Below, piece after piece: positions 1 through 12,624 of a stretch of DNA of 64,000 bases. The stretch is from Eledone cirrhosa (taxonomy: Eukaryota): contig OZ024749.1 of assembly GCA_964016885.1 (NCBI GenBank), positions 33,852,001-33,916,000 of the forward strand, given 5' to 3'. A model generated the notes under the pieces. It was not told the origin of the DNA. It saw only the letters and a list, made by a program, of their open reading frames with translations, and searched no databases. The number at the start of each line of letters is the position of its first letter. Position 1 is the first letter of the stretch. The position numbers and the translations under genes are program-made.

Positions 1-382
1 CTGTAAGTAAAACTCTGTGAAGCATGATTGCCTCCCGGCCACTGTTTGTACTACGATATATATGTGACACATCTTTAATTGATATTAACCTAAAAAAAAA
101 GATATAATTTCTTCTGTGAATGTTTAATTTACTCTTTTAATGGAAGTTAACAACGTTAAAGACATAGTGAGATTCTTTAAACAAAAAACCTACTTACAAT
201 ACATTATTATATAATGATTTGTATCTGTTTGTTCATTTATTTATCGTTTAGTTATTGATTTCATTACTTTATTTTGGAGACATTTTGTTTACTAATTGGC
301 AATATATATTCATTTGTTACCATTACCTACATTGATTTTCCAATACTTTCTCTTTACATACATACACACATATACATTCACA

Positions 383-428
<46 letters not shown>

Positions 429-521
429 TTTATATATATATACACACATATATATATACATATATATATAAACATATATATATACATATATATATAAATA
501 TATATATATACACATTGTGTT

Positions 522-552
<31 letters not shown>

Positions 553-611
553 GTATATGTATATATATTTATATATATATGTATATATATATATGTGTGT
601 ATATATATATG

Positions 612-685
<74 letters not shown>

Positions 686-822
686 TGTGAATGTGTATGT
701 ATGTATGTATGTATATAGACAGAAAGTATTGAAAATCAATGTAGGTAATGGTAATATATATATATCTATATGTATATATAGATATCTCTCTTTCTCTCTC
801 TCTCTCTATATATATATATATA

Positions 823-864
<42 letters not shown>

Positions 865-910
865 TATATATATACATATATATATGTATATACATATATA
901 TATATATGTG

Positions 911-987
<77 letters not shown>

Positions 988-1212
988 ATGTATATTGGGA
1001 TTTTAGTCTTCAAATTTATTATTATTACTATAAATATATACCTGCCTCTTTGAGGTAAAATACCAACCCTACTACCATCTACAAACTGACCAATGAGAAT
1101 CAAGACTATTCCTGCTGACAACATTACATCATTCCTAACAAGCTCATATGTCCCAAGGCTCTGATACCATCAACACTATAAACACAGAGCTAGCATATCT
1201 AAGAACTGACTA

Positions 1213-1268
1213 ACTGCCTGATGAGGTCATAGCCATTCAATGGCTATCATCGAAATATATATAGCAGT
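1213..1268 (+). ncRNA. Type I hammerhead ribozyme motif (PLE pLTR-like)
   Basis: actgc-CTGATGA-ggtcatagcc(attcaa)tggctatcatc-GAAA-tatata-TA-gcagt: stem I actgc/gcagt, hairpin stem II, palindromic minimal stem III. Confidence 0.85.
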
Positions 1269-1311
1269 AAATAAAGGATTATGAGTTCATGCAATTGACT
1301 TGTTTCGTCAC

Positions 1312-1365
<54 letters not shown>

Positions 1366-1366
<1 letters not shown>

Positions 1367-1768
1367 CTTTCTCTCCGGCCAACAACTGATTCTTTTTTTC
1401 AAATACCACTTTGGAAGAAGAATCAGGATGGAGAGAGAGGTGCTGTACCCCAGCAAGTTTTATGAAAGGTGGGTGAAAGTGGCGAGAATGGCCCGAGTGA
1501 ATGGGCCTTCTCTCTATATCAGCCTGTAGATTGAGGAAAAGGAGGAGGAGAGGAAAGGAGTACAAGCTCTTCGTACTCCTGGAGATGAGGGTTGCACATT
1601 TTTTTCGGGGGTATGTGTTACCCATATAAACTGTCTCCCTCTATTGGGGAAAATCGACTAACTTTTAAATTCCATCTGTGATAACATTTTACACGTTTTT
1701 ATTGTATGTAAACTTCCCCCTTTGCATTTGTCCCCTTCTTTTGTGCCCCTGTGGCTAATAAAGAAATA
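1366..1768 (+). mobile_element. Tx1/L1-like LINE 3' fragment in (TATC)n
   Basis: Encodes ...REVLYPSKFYERWVKVARMARVNGPSLYISL*, homologous to the C-terminus of ORF 38698-39633; 3' end cccctgtggctaataaagaaata; (TATC)n on both sides. Confidence 0.85.
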
Positions 1769-1819
<51 letters not shown>

Positions 1820-1823
1820 ATAT

Positions 1824-1877
1824 CAGAATTAGCCGTCGAAACGGCTTGAGCTCAGCTGTCGGGGTCTTACTGGTTCC
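1824..1877 (+). mobile_element. Family A element fragment with 3' half of an HHR
   Basis: ttagccgtc-GAAA-cggct-tgagctc-agctg-TC-ggggtc followed by (TA)n; same family at 4961, 11327, 12625, 51350, 58879. Confidence 0.65.
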
Positions 1878-2012
1878 TATATATATATATATATATATGT
1901 GTATGTATATATGTATATCTGTATGTTTCTATCTATATACCTGTCTATTATCAATGTATGAATATATGTCTATATGTTTATATGTATGTATGTATGTATG
2001 TTTTCTGGCTAT

Positions 2013-2200
2013 AGTTGGATTGGCAGTATCGGTAGAGGGTCGGACGCTATGCTTTGCAGCACAGAGTTACGCCCCTTTGTGATCTGAGTTCAAATCCCGC
2101 CAAGGTTAACTTTGCCTTTCATCCTTACGGGGTCGATAAAATAAAGTACCAGTAATGCACTGGGTATTTGCTGGCCTTGTGCCAAAAGTAGAAACAATTA
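2013..2200 (+). mobile_element. tRNA-derived SINE (major family)
   Basis: A-box-like tggcagtatcgg, B box gagttcaaatccc, core gcctttcatccttacggggtcgataaaataaagtaccag, tail ggccttgtgccaaaagtagaaacaatta. Confidence 0.85.
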
Positions 2201-2347
2201 TTTTATAGCATTTCACCAATAGAGAATGAGTTGGTTTCCAACATAGAAATAAAACTCTTTATTTAGAATTTAGACATCAACTTGGTAAGTAAATAATTAG
2301 ATATTTGTGCATATATAGGCGTTATTAACTACACAGCCATATCTATA

Positions 2348-2572
2348 CTATGCTATGCTATGCTATGCTATGCTATGCTATGCTATGCTATGCTATGCTA
2401 TGCTATGCTATGCTATGCTATGCTATGCTATGCTATGCTATGCTATGCTATGCTATGCTATGCTATGCTATGCTATGCTATGCTATGCTATGCTATGCTA
2501 TGCTATGCTATGCTATGCTATGCTATGCTATGCTATGCTATGCTATGCTATGCTATGCTATGCTATGCTATA
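2348..2572. repeat. (ATGCT)n pentanucleotide microsatellite within a degenerate ~50-bp tandem repeat (2327-3165)
   Basis: Direct reading; flanking units tatacaaaatgaactccttaaccacacagc. Confidence 0.95.
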
Positions 2573-2682
2573 CTATACAATACTATACTATACTATACAA
2601 AATGAACTCCTTAACCACACAGCCATAGCTATACTATTCTATACAAAATGAACTCCTTAACCACACAGCTATATTCATACTA

Positions 2683-2969
2683 AAAAAAGTCTTAAGTCTG
2701 TGTTAAGCCAGAAGGCTCATTTGGCCGGTGCTTATCCCGGTTTCATGGCGTGAAGCGACTGAGAGTACAAGACTTCCCCCTGGACAAGACGCCAGTCCAT
2801 CGCAGGGTTAAACCTCCAGCTATTGCTGGTACTCATTTTCAGCTGAGTATACTGGAGCAACGTGGAATGAAGTGTTTTGCTCAAGAACACAACACGCAGA
2901 CCAGGAATCGAACCCACGACATTACGATCGTAAGTCCAACACCCTTACCACTAGGCCACGTGCCTCCAC
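2683..2969 (-). mobile_element. tRNA-derived CORE-like SINE with 12-bp TSD
   Basis: Minus strand: A box tggcctagtgg, B box ggttcgattcc, tgtgttcttgagcaaaacactt core, ccctgcgatggactggc 3' block; TSD atattcatacta at 2671-2682 and 2970-2981. Confidence 0.8.
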
Positions 2970-3967
2970 ATATTCATACTATACTGTACAAAATGAATTC
3001 TTTAACCACACAGCCATACCTATATTATACTATACAAAGTGATCTCCTTTACCACACAGCTATACCGATATTAAACTATACTGTTCAACGTGAACTCCTT
3101 TACCACACAGCTATTCCTATATTAAACTATACAAAATGAAGTCCTTAACCACACAACCATAATATGCCAATTCTATTGAGTAGTTAGCATTCCTATCTTA
3201 TAATCGTTCAATTTGAAGATTTGGCGACTACGTCAAGATGTATTATCTCGAGAGACAAAGTTTATTTTGATTAATTAGTGGGTCTTGCTAATTAAATTTT
3301 GTTCATTAGTGTTCAGCTTTTATATTTAATTAATTGATACATCAACTACATGTTTGTGAGTGGTTGTTGACCGAGTCCGTAAAATTTTAGTCATATTCGG
3401 CGTCTTCAAACAGTTCCGCTAACCTCTGAACACTTTAACAATGTTAACAATGCTTTAACAATGTCCGGTGTTGGAGTCATGATGATAATGTCAAGGGTTC
3501 GATTCCAGGACCGGACAGAGCGTTGTTTTCTTGAGCAATTATCTATTTTGCCACGCACACATATATACACACACACATATACATACATGCATACATACAT
3601 ACCTATATATATATATTTTTTTTTTTTAGTATATATATTTTAGTATATTTTTTTTTAGTATATGCTGGTTGTTTACCGACACTTCAGTATGCAGATTGGA
3701 GCACTCGACGAAGTACGCAGGTTGGTTTTGTTACTCCGGAGTAATGTAAAATAAAATAATTGAGTCAAATATTTAAAATTTGGCTTCGTTTATTAAAGAT
3801 GTACTGCTATATATATTTCGGTGACAGCCATCATGATGCCGAAATTCGTTTGTTCGAATTCATATGATTCCAGTTCCTCAGAGAAATAACAACCCAACCA
3901 GGAGCTGGACATATCGGAGTAAAACACTTTAACAACATGTGTACCTGTCTCTACCACACCAATTGGG

Positions 3968-4022
3968 ACTGCCTGAAGAGGTCACAGCCAAAGATAGTTG
4001 TCACCGAAATATATATAGCAGT
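3968..4022 (+). ncRNA. Type I hammerhead ribozyme motif
   Basis: actgc-CTGAAGA-ggtcacagc...gttgtcacc-GAAA-tatata-TA-gcagt; inverted partial copy at ~3747-3831. Confidence 0.85.
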
Positions 4023-4071
4023 ACATCTTTAATATACGAAGCCAAATTTTAAATATTTGACTTAATTACTT

Positions 4072-4119
<48 letters not shown>

Positions 4120-4499
4120 TATATAATATTTTGAGAATAAGCTCTCAGTCCTTTACAATAATTAAGCTCCAGGAAAGGGTCATTTCCGAGCAGTTAAATA
4201 TACATTAAAATACATGATAAACACAAAACGTGTTTGCATTGCAACAGACAGTCAGCTATTAATGAAATAAACTAATTAAAGTGAATACAATTTGCCTGTC
4301 TCGATATAAGTCAATAAAGACAATTTTATATTGGCAACTGCCAATATATATATATATTAGGTATAGGATTATCCTGGATGCAGTAATGGTGAATGACTAC
4401 ACTGGATAGAGTTGACGTACGGTGAGAGGTTACTCAACGAGTTATGGAAGAATAGTTGAGGAAACTCACTTCCTGATCCTTCTGTATTCCGGAGTGTAG

Positions 4500-4832
4500 A
4501 TAAAGAATGAATAATAACAAGTAGACATCATAAAAAGGTAATTTATTCTGTGCGCTTACAAATGTATCCACGGTGGTTATACAACCTAGTTATGCCATGT
4601 GCAAATTTATAACTATTTGCAAAACTCAATTATCAAATGCTGTGACCACTGTATCCTCAGAGCAGAATGATTCTGCTCTGAGGATACAGTGGTCACAGCA
4701 TTTGATAATTGAGTTTTGCAAATAGTTATAAATTTGCACATGGCATAACTAGGCTGTATAACCACCGTGGATACATTTGTAAGCACACAGAATAAATTAC
4801 CTGTTTATGATGTCTACCTGTTATTATTCATT

Positions 4833-4838
<6 letters not shown>
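4500..4838. repeat. ~170-bp-arm palindrome carrying two head-to-head HHR-like motifs
   Basis: Apex at 4669; + copy 4674-4785 tgct-CTGAGGA-tacagtggt...accaccgtg-GATA-catttg-TA-agca (GAAA replaced by GATA in both arms); mirror at 4553-4664. Confidence 0.8.
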
Positions 4839-4888
<50 letters not shown>

Positions 4889-4960
4889 ATTACGTGTTCC
4901 AATCAACAGACTGCGACCATGCTGGGGCACTGCCATTCATATATGTATATATATATATAT

Positions 4961-5069
4961 AACGAAGGAAATGTGGTAAGGAACCAGGTGGACCATAACG
5001 CACCAAAGTACTCAATACTTGAGGTAGTAGAGTGGGTAAAAGGAACCAGTAAGGGGTCTTACTGGTTCC
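4961..5069. mobile_element. Family A element, inverted pair between (TA)n
   Basis: Minus copy ends gtaa; plus copy starts at ggggtc (5053). Confidence 0.75.
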
Positions 5070-5329
5070 TATATATATATATATCTGTGTGTGCGTACGT
5101 AAATATTTTGGGACCAAATAAATCTGTTTAAACTTGGCTGTCGAGAAGAATTAAATTTTGTCACTGTTGCCAGGAGTTGCGACTGACTGATAGTATCAGC
5201 AACAGAAAACGGTCAACAGGGACTTAGATTCCTTGGTCTGATCTCATGATCAACTACTTTTCTTTCCAGCTATCCATCTCAGAGATCTTTGTAGATGCTC
5301 TTTTTATGGTGACTAAACTATCAACTAAT

Positions 5330-5718
5330 TGTTTCTACTTTTTGGCACAAGGCCAGCAATTATCCTTGTGCATTACTGGTCCTTTATTTTATCGACCCCG
5401 TAAGGATGAAGGGCAAAGTTAACCTCGGCGGATTTGAACTCAGAACGTAAAGGGACGTAACTATGCTGGAAAGCATGGAGTCCGATTCTCTACCGATACT
5501 GCCAATCCACCGCCATCGACTATCAAATAATTATTTCTATTTTTGGCACAAGGCCAGCAATTACCCAGTATATTACTGGTACTTTATTTTATCGACCCCG
5601 TAAGGATGAAAGACAAAGTTAACCTCGGCGGGATTTGAACTCAGATCATAAAGGGACGTAACTCTATGCTTCAAAGCATGGCGTCCGACTCTCTACCGAT
5701 ACTGCCAATCCACCGCCA
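5330..5718 (-). mobile_element. Two tandem major-family SINEs
   Basis: Reverse complement of the SINE consensus twice. Confidence 0.85.
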
Positions 5719-7019
5719 TCAACTATCAAATAATGTCGAACTATGTGGAGTGTGTAATCACAAATTATTTACACACAAGTTAATAATTTTAATTACAAAT
5801 TAGTGGCAAACAGACTAGAACAAACAGTCGGCTCTTCAACATTGCCAAATGGTTGAAAGTACTTCATTTTACAGTGAATGTGATAAGCTTTGCTACCGTC
5901 GAAAATGTGGAGGAGGTTAAACAAAAATATAGATACTGTATAACCTCAATTCGATCTTTACAAATTTAAACCTTTCGTTACCATATTTCGACTGAAATAC
6001 ATTGCTCATGAGATTTAACTAATTATGGAAATATTCATGAAATAGGTTAGATTTAGTAACATAACTAACTTTAATTAATTATTTAATTACAGAAATATTC
6101 AAGAATTAGGTTAGATTTAGTAACATGACTAACTGTCTTATTATCAAGCTGTTTAGGACATGACTAACGAAGGATCTTCTCTTCACATTCATCCAACGCC
6201 AGGTATGCCCAGGTATACCCAGGTATGCCCAGAAGTTCTTCTAAAAAAATTACTTCTCCGTTTTTTTTTTTGCTTTTTTTTAACAGGTTTATTTTCTATC
6301 GTCCGCTTGCTAGTCCTGTCGTGACTAATCCCATCGATGTTATCCAAAGGAAAGGTAAAGGCCGATGCTGCTTAACACCAGTGCCGGTAACAATTCATTT
6401 CTACGGCTGAGTGAACAGGGACAACATGGAATAACGAAGGATCTTACATGATATTATGATGGAAACATTTTAGATAACATAAACACTTTAATAAATAGTT
6501 TGATATCATAAAATCATGTGCAGTTTCAGGCAGTTGGTATCAAAAGGGTTAAAGAGAAATTAAGATTGATGGGATATTTAGCGAATCAGTATTCGGCCAG
6601 ATAAAACATTCTTGACACAATATCAATAGTTCAGTAACTTTGGAGGAGATTAGAGAAGGAAAGAGGAAAATCCTAGGTCGGATCAACAAAATTATGTCTA
6701 TATTGATCATTCCACTGTTAATGTTATCTGTTGGTCATAATTTCTGGCCGAATCGTCACTACCTTTCCTGTGAAAGGAAGCAGTATTTGAACACAGAAAG
6801 CACAGATCCGGGTTGGAACAGATATCACATAGTATCTTGTTCGACACTTTTAATAACTTCACCAATCCAACGGCTCTGGGTTGCTATTTAATTCATCAAC
6901 ATCTGAATAGTGAAAACCAAAGTTGAACTCAGACATTGAGGAGTGGTAGGCAACAAATACCACAAAGCATTTTCTACAATACTCTTACGAGTCCACCAAT
7001 TTGTGGACATTATCTAAAT

Positions 7020-7385
7020 CTATTTGGCCGCAAGGAGTTATGACCCTTTACGTTCTGAGTTCAAAACCTGACGAGATTACCTTTTCTTTTCATCCTTACG
7101 GGGTCGATAAAATAAAGCACCGGTAATGCACTGGGGTGCACCAGTAAAGCACCAGTAATTGCTGGCCATGTGCCAAAAGTAGTAGAAATATTGTTGGCGG
7201 TGGATTGGCAGTATCAGTAGAGGGTCGGACGCCATGCTTTCCAGCATAGAGTTACGGCCCTTTATGATCTGAGTTCAAATCCCGCCGAGGTTAACTTTGC
7301 CTTTTATCCTTACGGGGGTCGATAAATAAAGCATCAGTAATATACTGAGATAATTGCTGGCCTTGTGCCAAACGTAGAAACAACT
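7020..7385 (+). mobile_element. Two tandem major-family SINEs (first partial)
   Basis: B box, core and tail repeated. Confidence 0.8.
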
Positions 7386-7987
7386 ATCTATATCTATTTA
7401 ACTTTGAATATCCTGTAATCATTTAGCAGAAGATATCTAAAACTAGTTATAGTATGTTTACTAGTAGACCAATCAGTGAGGAGATTTACAATATTGGAAG
7501 AAAGACATTAATCTTTAATCAGATAAATGTTGCCTAATGAGGTTTCATGTGATACAGAACGTTAACCCTTAACATCCAGTAATTATTTAGCAGAATTTAT
7601 CTAAAAACAGATTTGTCAATTCAAATATTTATAATATACTTACTAATAGGAGATCGTTGTGAAAGCTTTGCAGTATTAGTTTTTTATTGGGATGCAATCA
7701 TAGAACTATTTTGCACAGTTCAAAAAATATTGCAACTGTAATATTATGTTCTACAGAACCCTAACTCTTACAACCTAGAATTATTTAACCGAAAATATCT
7801 AAAACGATTATTTGTGTACAGTTACAGTATTAACCTATTGTGCTGTTTTGTACATTTTATGAATGCCTCGCTAATGTGGTTTCATGTGCAACAGGACGTT
7901 AAGAGTTAAAACTCAATGAAACTATACAGCTTCAAATGGTAAACGTATCATATACGTATGTGTGTTCATTATAAATCATATAGTTAT

Positions 7988-8175
7988 TGTGGTGAATTGG
8001 CAGTATCGGTAGAGGGTTGGACGCCATGCTTTCTAGCATAGTTACGTCCCTTTACAGTCTGAGTTCAAATCCCGCCGAGGTTAACTTTGCCTTTCATCCT
8101 TAAGGGGTCGATAAAATAAAGTACCAGTAATGTACTGCGTAATTGCTGGCCTTGTGCCTAAAGTAGAAACAATTA
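7988..8175 (+). mobile_element. Major-family SINE
   Basis: Full consensus match. Confidence 0.85.
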
Positions 8176-8508
8176 TATATCATATAGTTAATATTTTTCT
8201 ACCAAAATCTTCTATTAGTTCTTCTCCGAAATGTATTGATATATAATACGCTGAGTGTATAGGGGTATGTGTTGTGTGCGTATGTAATGGATCTGTGTAC
8301 TATGTTTCTACGTGTATATGTATGCGTGTATGGTGTGTATTTTGTGCGTATATGAGTTTATGTTTGCATGTGTTTGTGTGCGTGTATGTGTGTGTCTGTG
8401 CGTGTGGTGAGTGATTTGCGTGTGTGTATGTATGTAGGTTTGCTAAGAGTGTGAAGTGTGTGTGTTGTGTGTATTTTCTGTGGCTGTTTGTATCTATGTG
8501 TATGTGCT

Positions 8509-8539
<31 letters not shown>

Positions 8540-8655
8540 GTGTGTGTGTGTGTGTGGAGTAAGTGTTCTGCGTGAGTGTATGTTTGTAGGTTTGTTGAGA
8601 GTGTAAAGTGTGTAAGTTTTATGTTTTTTCTCTCTCTCTCCCCCTCTCTCTCCCC

Positions 8656-8719
<64 letters not shown>

Positions 8720-8809
8720 ATGTGTGTGTGTACGTGTGTGTGGAGTAAGTGTTCTGCGTGAGTGTATGTTTGTAGGTTTGTTGAGAGTGTAAAGTGTGTA
8801 AGTTTTATG

Positions 8810-8850
<41 letters not shown>

Positions 8851-8960
8851 TCCCTCTCTCTCTCTCTCTCCCTCTCTCTCTCTCTCCCTCTCTCTCTCTC
8901 TCTGTCTCTCTCTCCCTCTCACTCTCTCTCTGTGTCTCTCCCTCCCTATCTCTCTCTGAC

Positions 8961-9037
<77 letters not shown>

Positions 9038-9411
9038 GTATATGTGTGTGTGTGTGTGTACGTGTGTGTGTATTTGTGTATATGATGTCACGATGATTTC
9101 GTTCAACTGTGATTTATAATTTCACGTTAGACCGGAGGCAAAAGGTGAAAATAATTGGGATTCTATAGAATCTCATGGATAAAAGATGAACTGAAGCAGA
9201 CACACACACACATATACATATACACACGGCTATATATATACATACGCATACACACATACACACACACATATATATGTATACCACACACACTCTAACTCAC
9301 AATAACTCGCACGCACGCACACACACACATATATACACACATACACATACGTATATATATATTTATGTATGCGTATACATGCGCATGTGGGTATATATAT
9401 ATATATGTATG

Positions 9412-9514
<103 letters not shown>

Positions 9515-9515
9515 G

Positions 9516-9587
<72 letters not shown>

Positions 9588-10133
9588 GAGGGAGAGGGAG
9601 AGAGAGAGATAGTGGGAGAGAGAAAGAAAGTGATGTGGGGGTGTGGGCGGAGCTAAAGTCGAAAAGAAAAGTGACCAAAATGGCGTATTGAAATGCATCA
9701 ATCTTCCTTGTTAGTGTTGACTATTTCAAATTTCTTGGCATCGTTAGGGAAGTGAAGAAAGGTATTGTTATTAGTTAATGTATATATTTACAGCACCATT
9801 AGTTCAAATTGTTGTCCTATGAAAGCATTTTTCTGCTGTTATGGTGAGTTATTCATTTGGTAAACTTCGCTAAGAGGCCACTTTTGCGCATTAACGGTAG
9901 AAATTATCGTCCTTGTTGATTCAATTTTTTTTGCTTCAAGGCATAATTGTGAAAAGTATTTGTTTGCAAATTTCCTTTCCATCTGTGTACGTATATATAT
10001 ATATATATATATATGTGTGCGTGTGTGTGTGTATGTATATATATATAGAAATGTGTGTGTGAGTGAATGTGCACACATATATATATATACATCTGTATGT
10101 ATGTTATATATTTACATATACACACACATATGC

Positions 10134-10263
<130 letters not shown>

Positions 10264-10387
10264 ATGTGTACTCACACACAAATAATATAACATTAAATTT
10301 TAAGTATCATATAAAATTAATATTTCATAACATGTCTATTCGTCTGTTGTAAAATTAGATGAAGCTGAAGAAATACATACGAAAATA

Positions 10388-10574
10388 ATTGTTTCTACTT
10401 TAGGCACAAGGCCAGCAATTACCCAGTGCATTACTGGTACTTTATTTTATCGACCCCGTAAGGATGAAAGGCAAAGTCAACCTCGGCGGGATTTGAACTC
10501 AGATCGTAAAGGGACGTAACTATGCTGGAAAGCATGGCGTCCGACACTCCACCGATACTGCCAATCCACCGCCC
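10388..10574 (-). mobile_element. Major-family SINE
   Basis: Full consensus match on minus strand. Confidence 0.85.
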
Positions 10575-10759
10575 TCATACGAAAATAATGAATACTGTTG
10601 GTGGCGGTGGTGGTGGCGGTGGTGGTGGCGGTGGTGGTGGCGGTGGTGGTGGTGATGGTAATGGTGATCATGCTAATGATGATGATCGTTATTCGTGTCT
10701 TTGTACTGTCCCCTACATGTCGGCCCTTGTGGCCAATAAATGAAATATTATTATTATAG

Positions 10760-11160
10760 ATTGAAGGTGTCGGTAGAGCGTCAGACACCCTTTTTTGCAG
10801 CACAGAGTTATGGCTCATTACGTTCTGAGTTCAAATCCCGCCAAGGTTACCTTTGCCTTTCATCCATACGGGGGTCGATAATATAAAGTACCAGTAATGC
10901 ACTGAGGTCGATTTAATCAACTTTCCCCTCTCTCCAAATTGATGGCCTTGTGTCTAGTCTGAATCAGAAACCATTGTGGATTGGCAGTATCAGTAGAAGG
11001 TCGGACGCCATGCTGCCCAGCATAGTTACATCCCTTTACGGTCTGAGTTCAAATCCCGTCGAGGTTAACTTTGCCTTTCATCCTTACGGGGTAGATAAAA
11101 TAAAGTACCAGTAATACACTGGGTAATTGCTGGCCTTGTGCCAAAAAGTAGAAACAATTA
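10760..11160 (+). mobile_element. Two tandem major-family SINEs
   Basis: Consensus match twice. Confidence 0.8.
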
Positions 11161-11189
11161 TTAAACATTATTTGAAATAAGACATATAC

Positions 11190-11235
<46 letters not shown>

Positions 11236-11326
11236 GTATATGTCTTATTTCAAATAATGTTTAATAATTGTTTCTACTTTTTGGCACAAGGCCAGCAATT
11301 ACCCAGTGTATTACTGGTACTTTACT

Positions 11327-11422
11327 GGGGTCTTACTGGTTCCTATTACCCACTCTACTACCTCAAGTATTGAGTACTTTGGTGCGTTATGGTCCACCTG
11401 GTTCCTTACCACATTTCCTTCG

Positions 11423-11473
<51 letters not shown>

Positions 11474-11665
11474 AACAAGTAAGACCCCGACGGCTGAGCT
11501 CAAGCCGTTTCGACGGCTAATTCTGGACGTCCAGAATTAGCCGTCGAAACGGCTTGAGCTCAGCCGTCGGGGTCTTACTTGTTCCTATTACCCACTCTAC
11601 TACCCTAAGTATTGAGTACTTTGGTGCGTTATGGTCCACCTGGTTCCTTACCACTTTTCCTTCGT

Positions 11666-11667
<2 letters not shown>
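11327..11667. mobile_element. Family A composite: + copy, (TA)n, perfect palindrome centred 11528/11529, + copy
   Basis: Arms 11472-11528 and 11529-11585 are exact reverse complements; contain GAAA-cggct-tgagctc-agccg-TC. Confidence 0.85.
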
Positions 11668-11753
<86 letters not shown>

Positions 11754-11950
11754 GATAAATCTACCAAGAGTTTACGGTAGTGTCCAATCCGTATGAAGAA
11801 CTCAATGTATTCCGGATATCATGGAAAGAAGAGATGTAATGAAAAATCACTTTCGGTGAAAGATAAACGGTATACAGAGTCAAGATAAAATATTAAACAA
11901 ATAATGAATAAAACAATGAAACAGTTCCTTATATTAAACAAAAAAAGTTC

Positions 11951-12092
11951 ATTATTTAACGATCGTTTCTAGGATATATATGTGTTAGAATTGGCATGCA
12001 TATTCAACAGATCTATGTACAAAATTATACAAAATTATACAAACTATCAAGATTAAATATACATACCAACACATATATACGCCGTCTTCAGA

Positions 12093-12098
<6 letters not shown>
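11951..12098 (-). ncRNA. Type I hammerhead ribozyme motif with extended stem II
   Basis: Minus strand: attattt-CTGAAGA-cggcgtatatatgtgtt...aacacatatatatccta-GAAA-cgatcg-TT-aaataat; 7-bp stem I, palindromic CGATCG. Confidence 0.8.
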
Positions 12099-12123
<25 letters not shown>

Positions 12124-12317
12124 CATGTGTGTGTGTGTGTGTGCGTGCATGTATGTCTGGATATATATATATATATTGCACTTCTCTGGTGCAATGATGT
12201 TACAAAACTGTCAATGAAACTATATATGTTTGTAATGTATGTAATGTATGTATGTATATATATAAGTTTACCCGGGTTCAATCGGGCGTAACCACAGTAA
12301 GTAAGGTACTCAATACA

Positions 12318-12469
12318 AAGCAGAGTATAAATATTTAATATAGAAAGGCTTCAACAAGACTAGAACTGTTTCATTCCGGAGAAATCATCAGGCTTCCTGG
12401 TGATTTCTCCGCAATGAAACAGTTCTATTCCTGTAGAAGCGTTTCTATATTAAATGTTTATACTCTGCT

Positions 12470-12470
<1 letters not shown>
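12318..12470. repeat. Head-to-head inverted pair of HHR-like elements
   Basis: Minus CTGATGA-tttctccggaat-GAAAC (tcatcag at 12385-12391); plus CTGGTGA...GAAAC from 12397. Confidence 0.7.
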
Positions 12471-12538
<68 letters not shown>

Positions 12539-12624
12539 AGCAAAGAGATATTTAATTTGTTGAAATATATATAAATATGGTTTTATAAATATAGTTTCCA
12601 TTTATTGATATCATTGATATATAT

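Noticed and set aside
274-1124. [16 protein letters not shown] ORFs here and throughout the window
   Set aside because: Translations of di- and tetranucleotide microsatellites that lack stop codons in some frames
2013-2105. tRNA gene calls at SINE heads
   Set aside because: A/B boxes present but no cloverleaf, and always followed by SINE core and tail
2350-2651. (MLCYA)n ORFs
   Set aside because: Product of (ATGCT)n, open in all three frames
8560-8830. Direct duplication of gtggagtaagtgttctgcg... around CT/TA repeats
   Set aside because: Ordinary local tandem duplication between microsatellites
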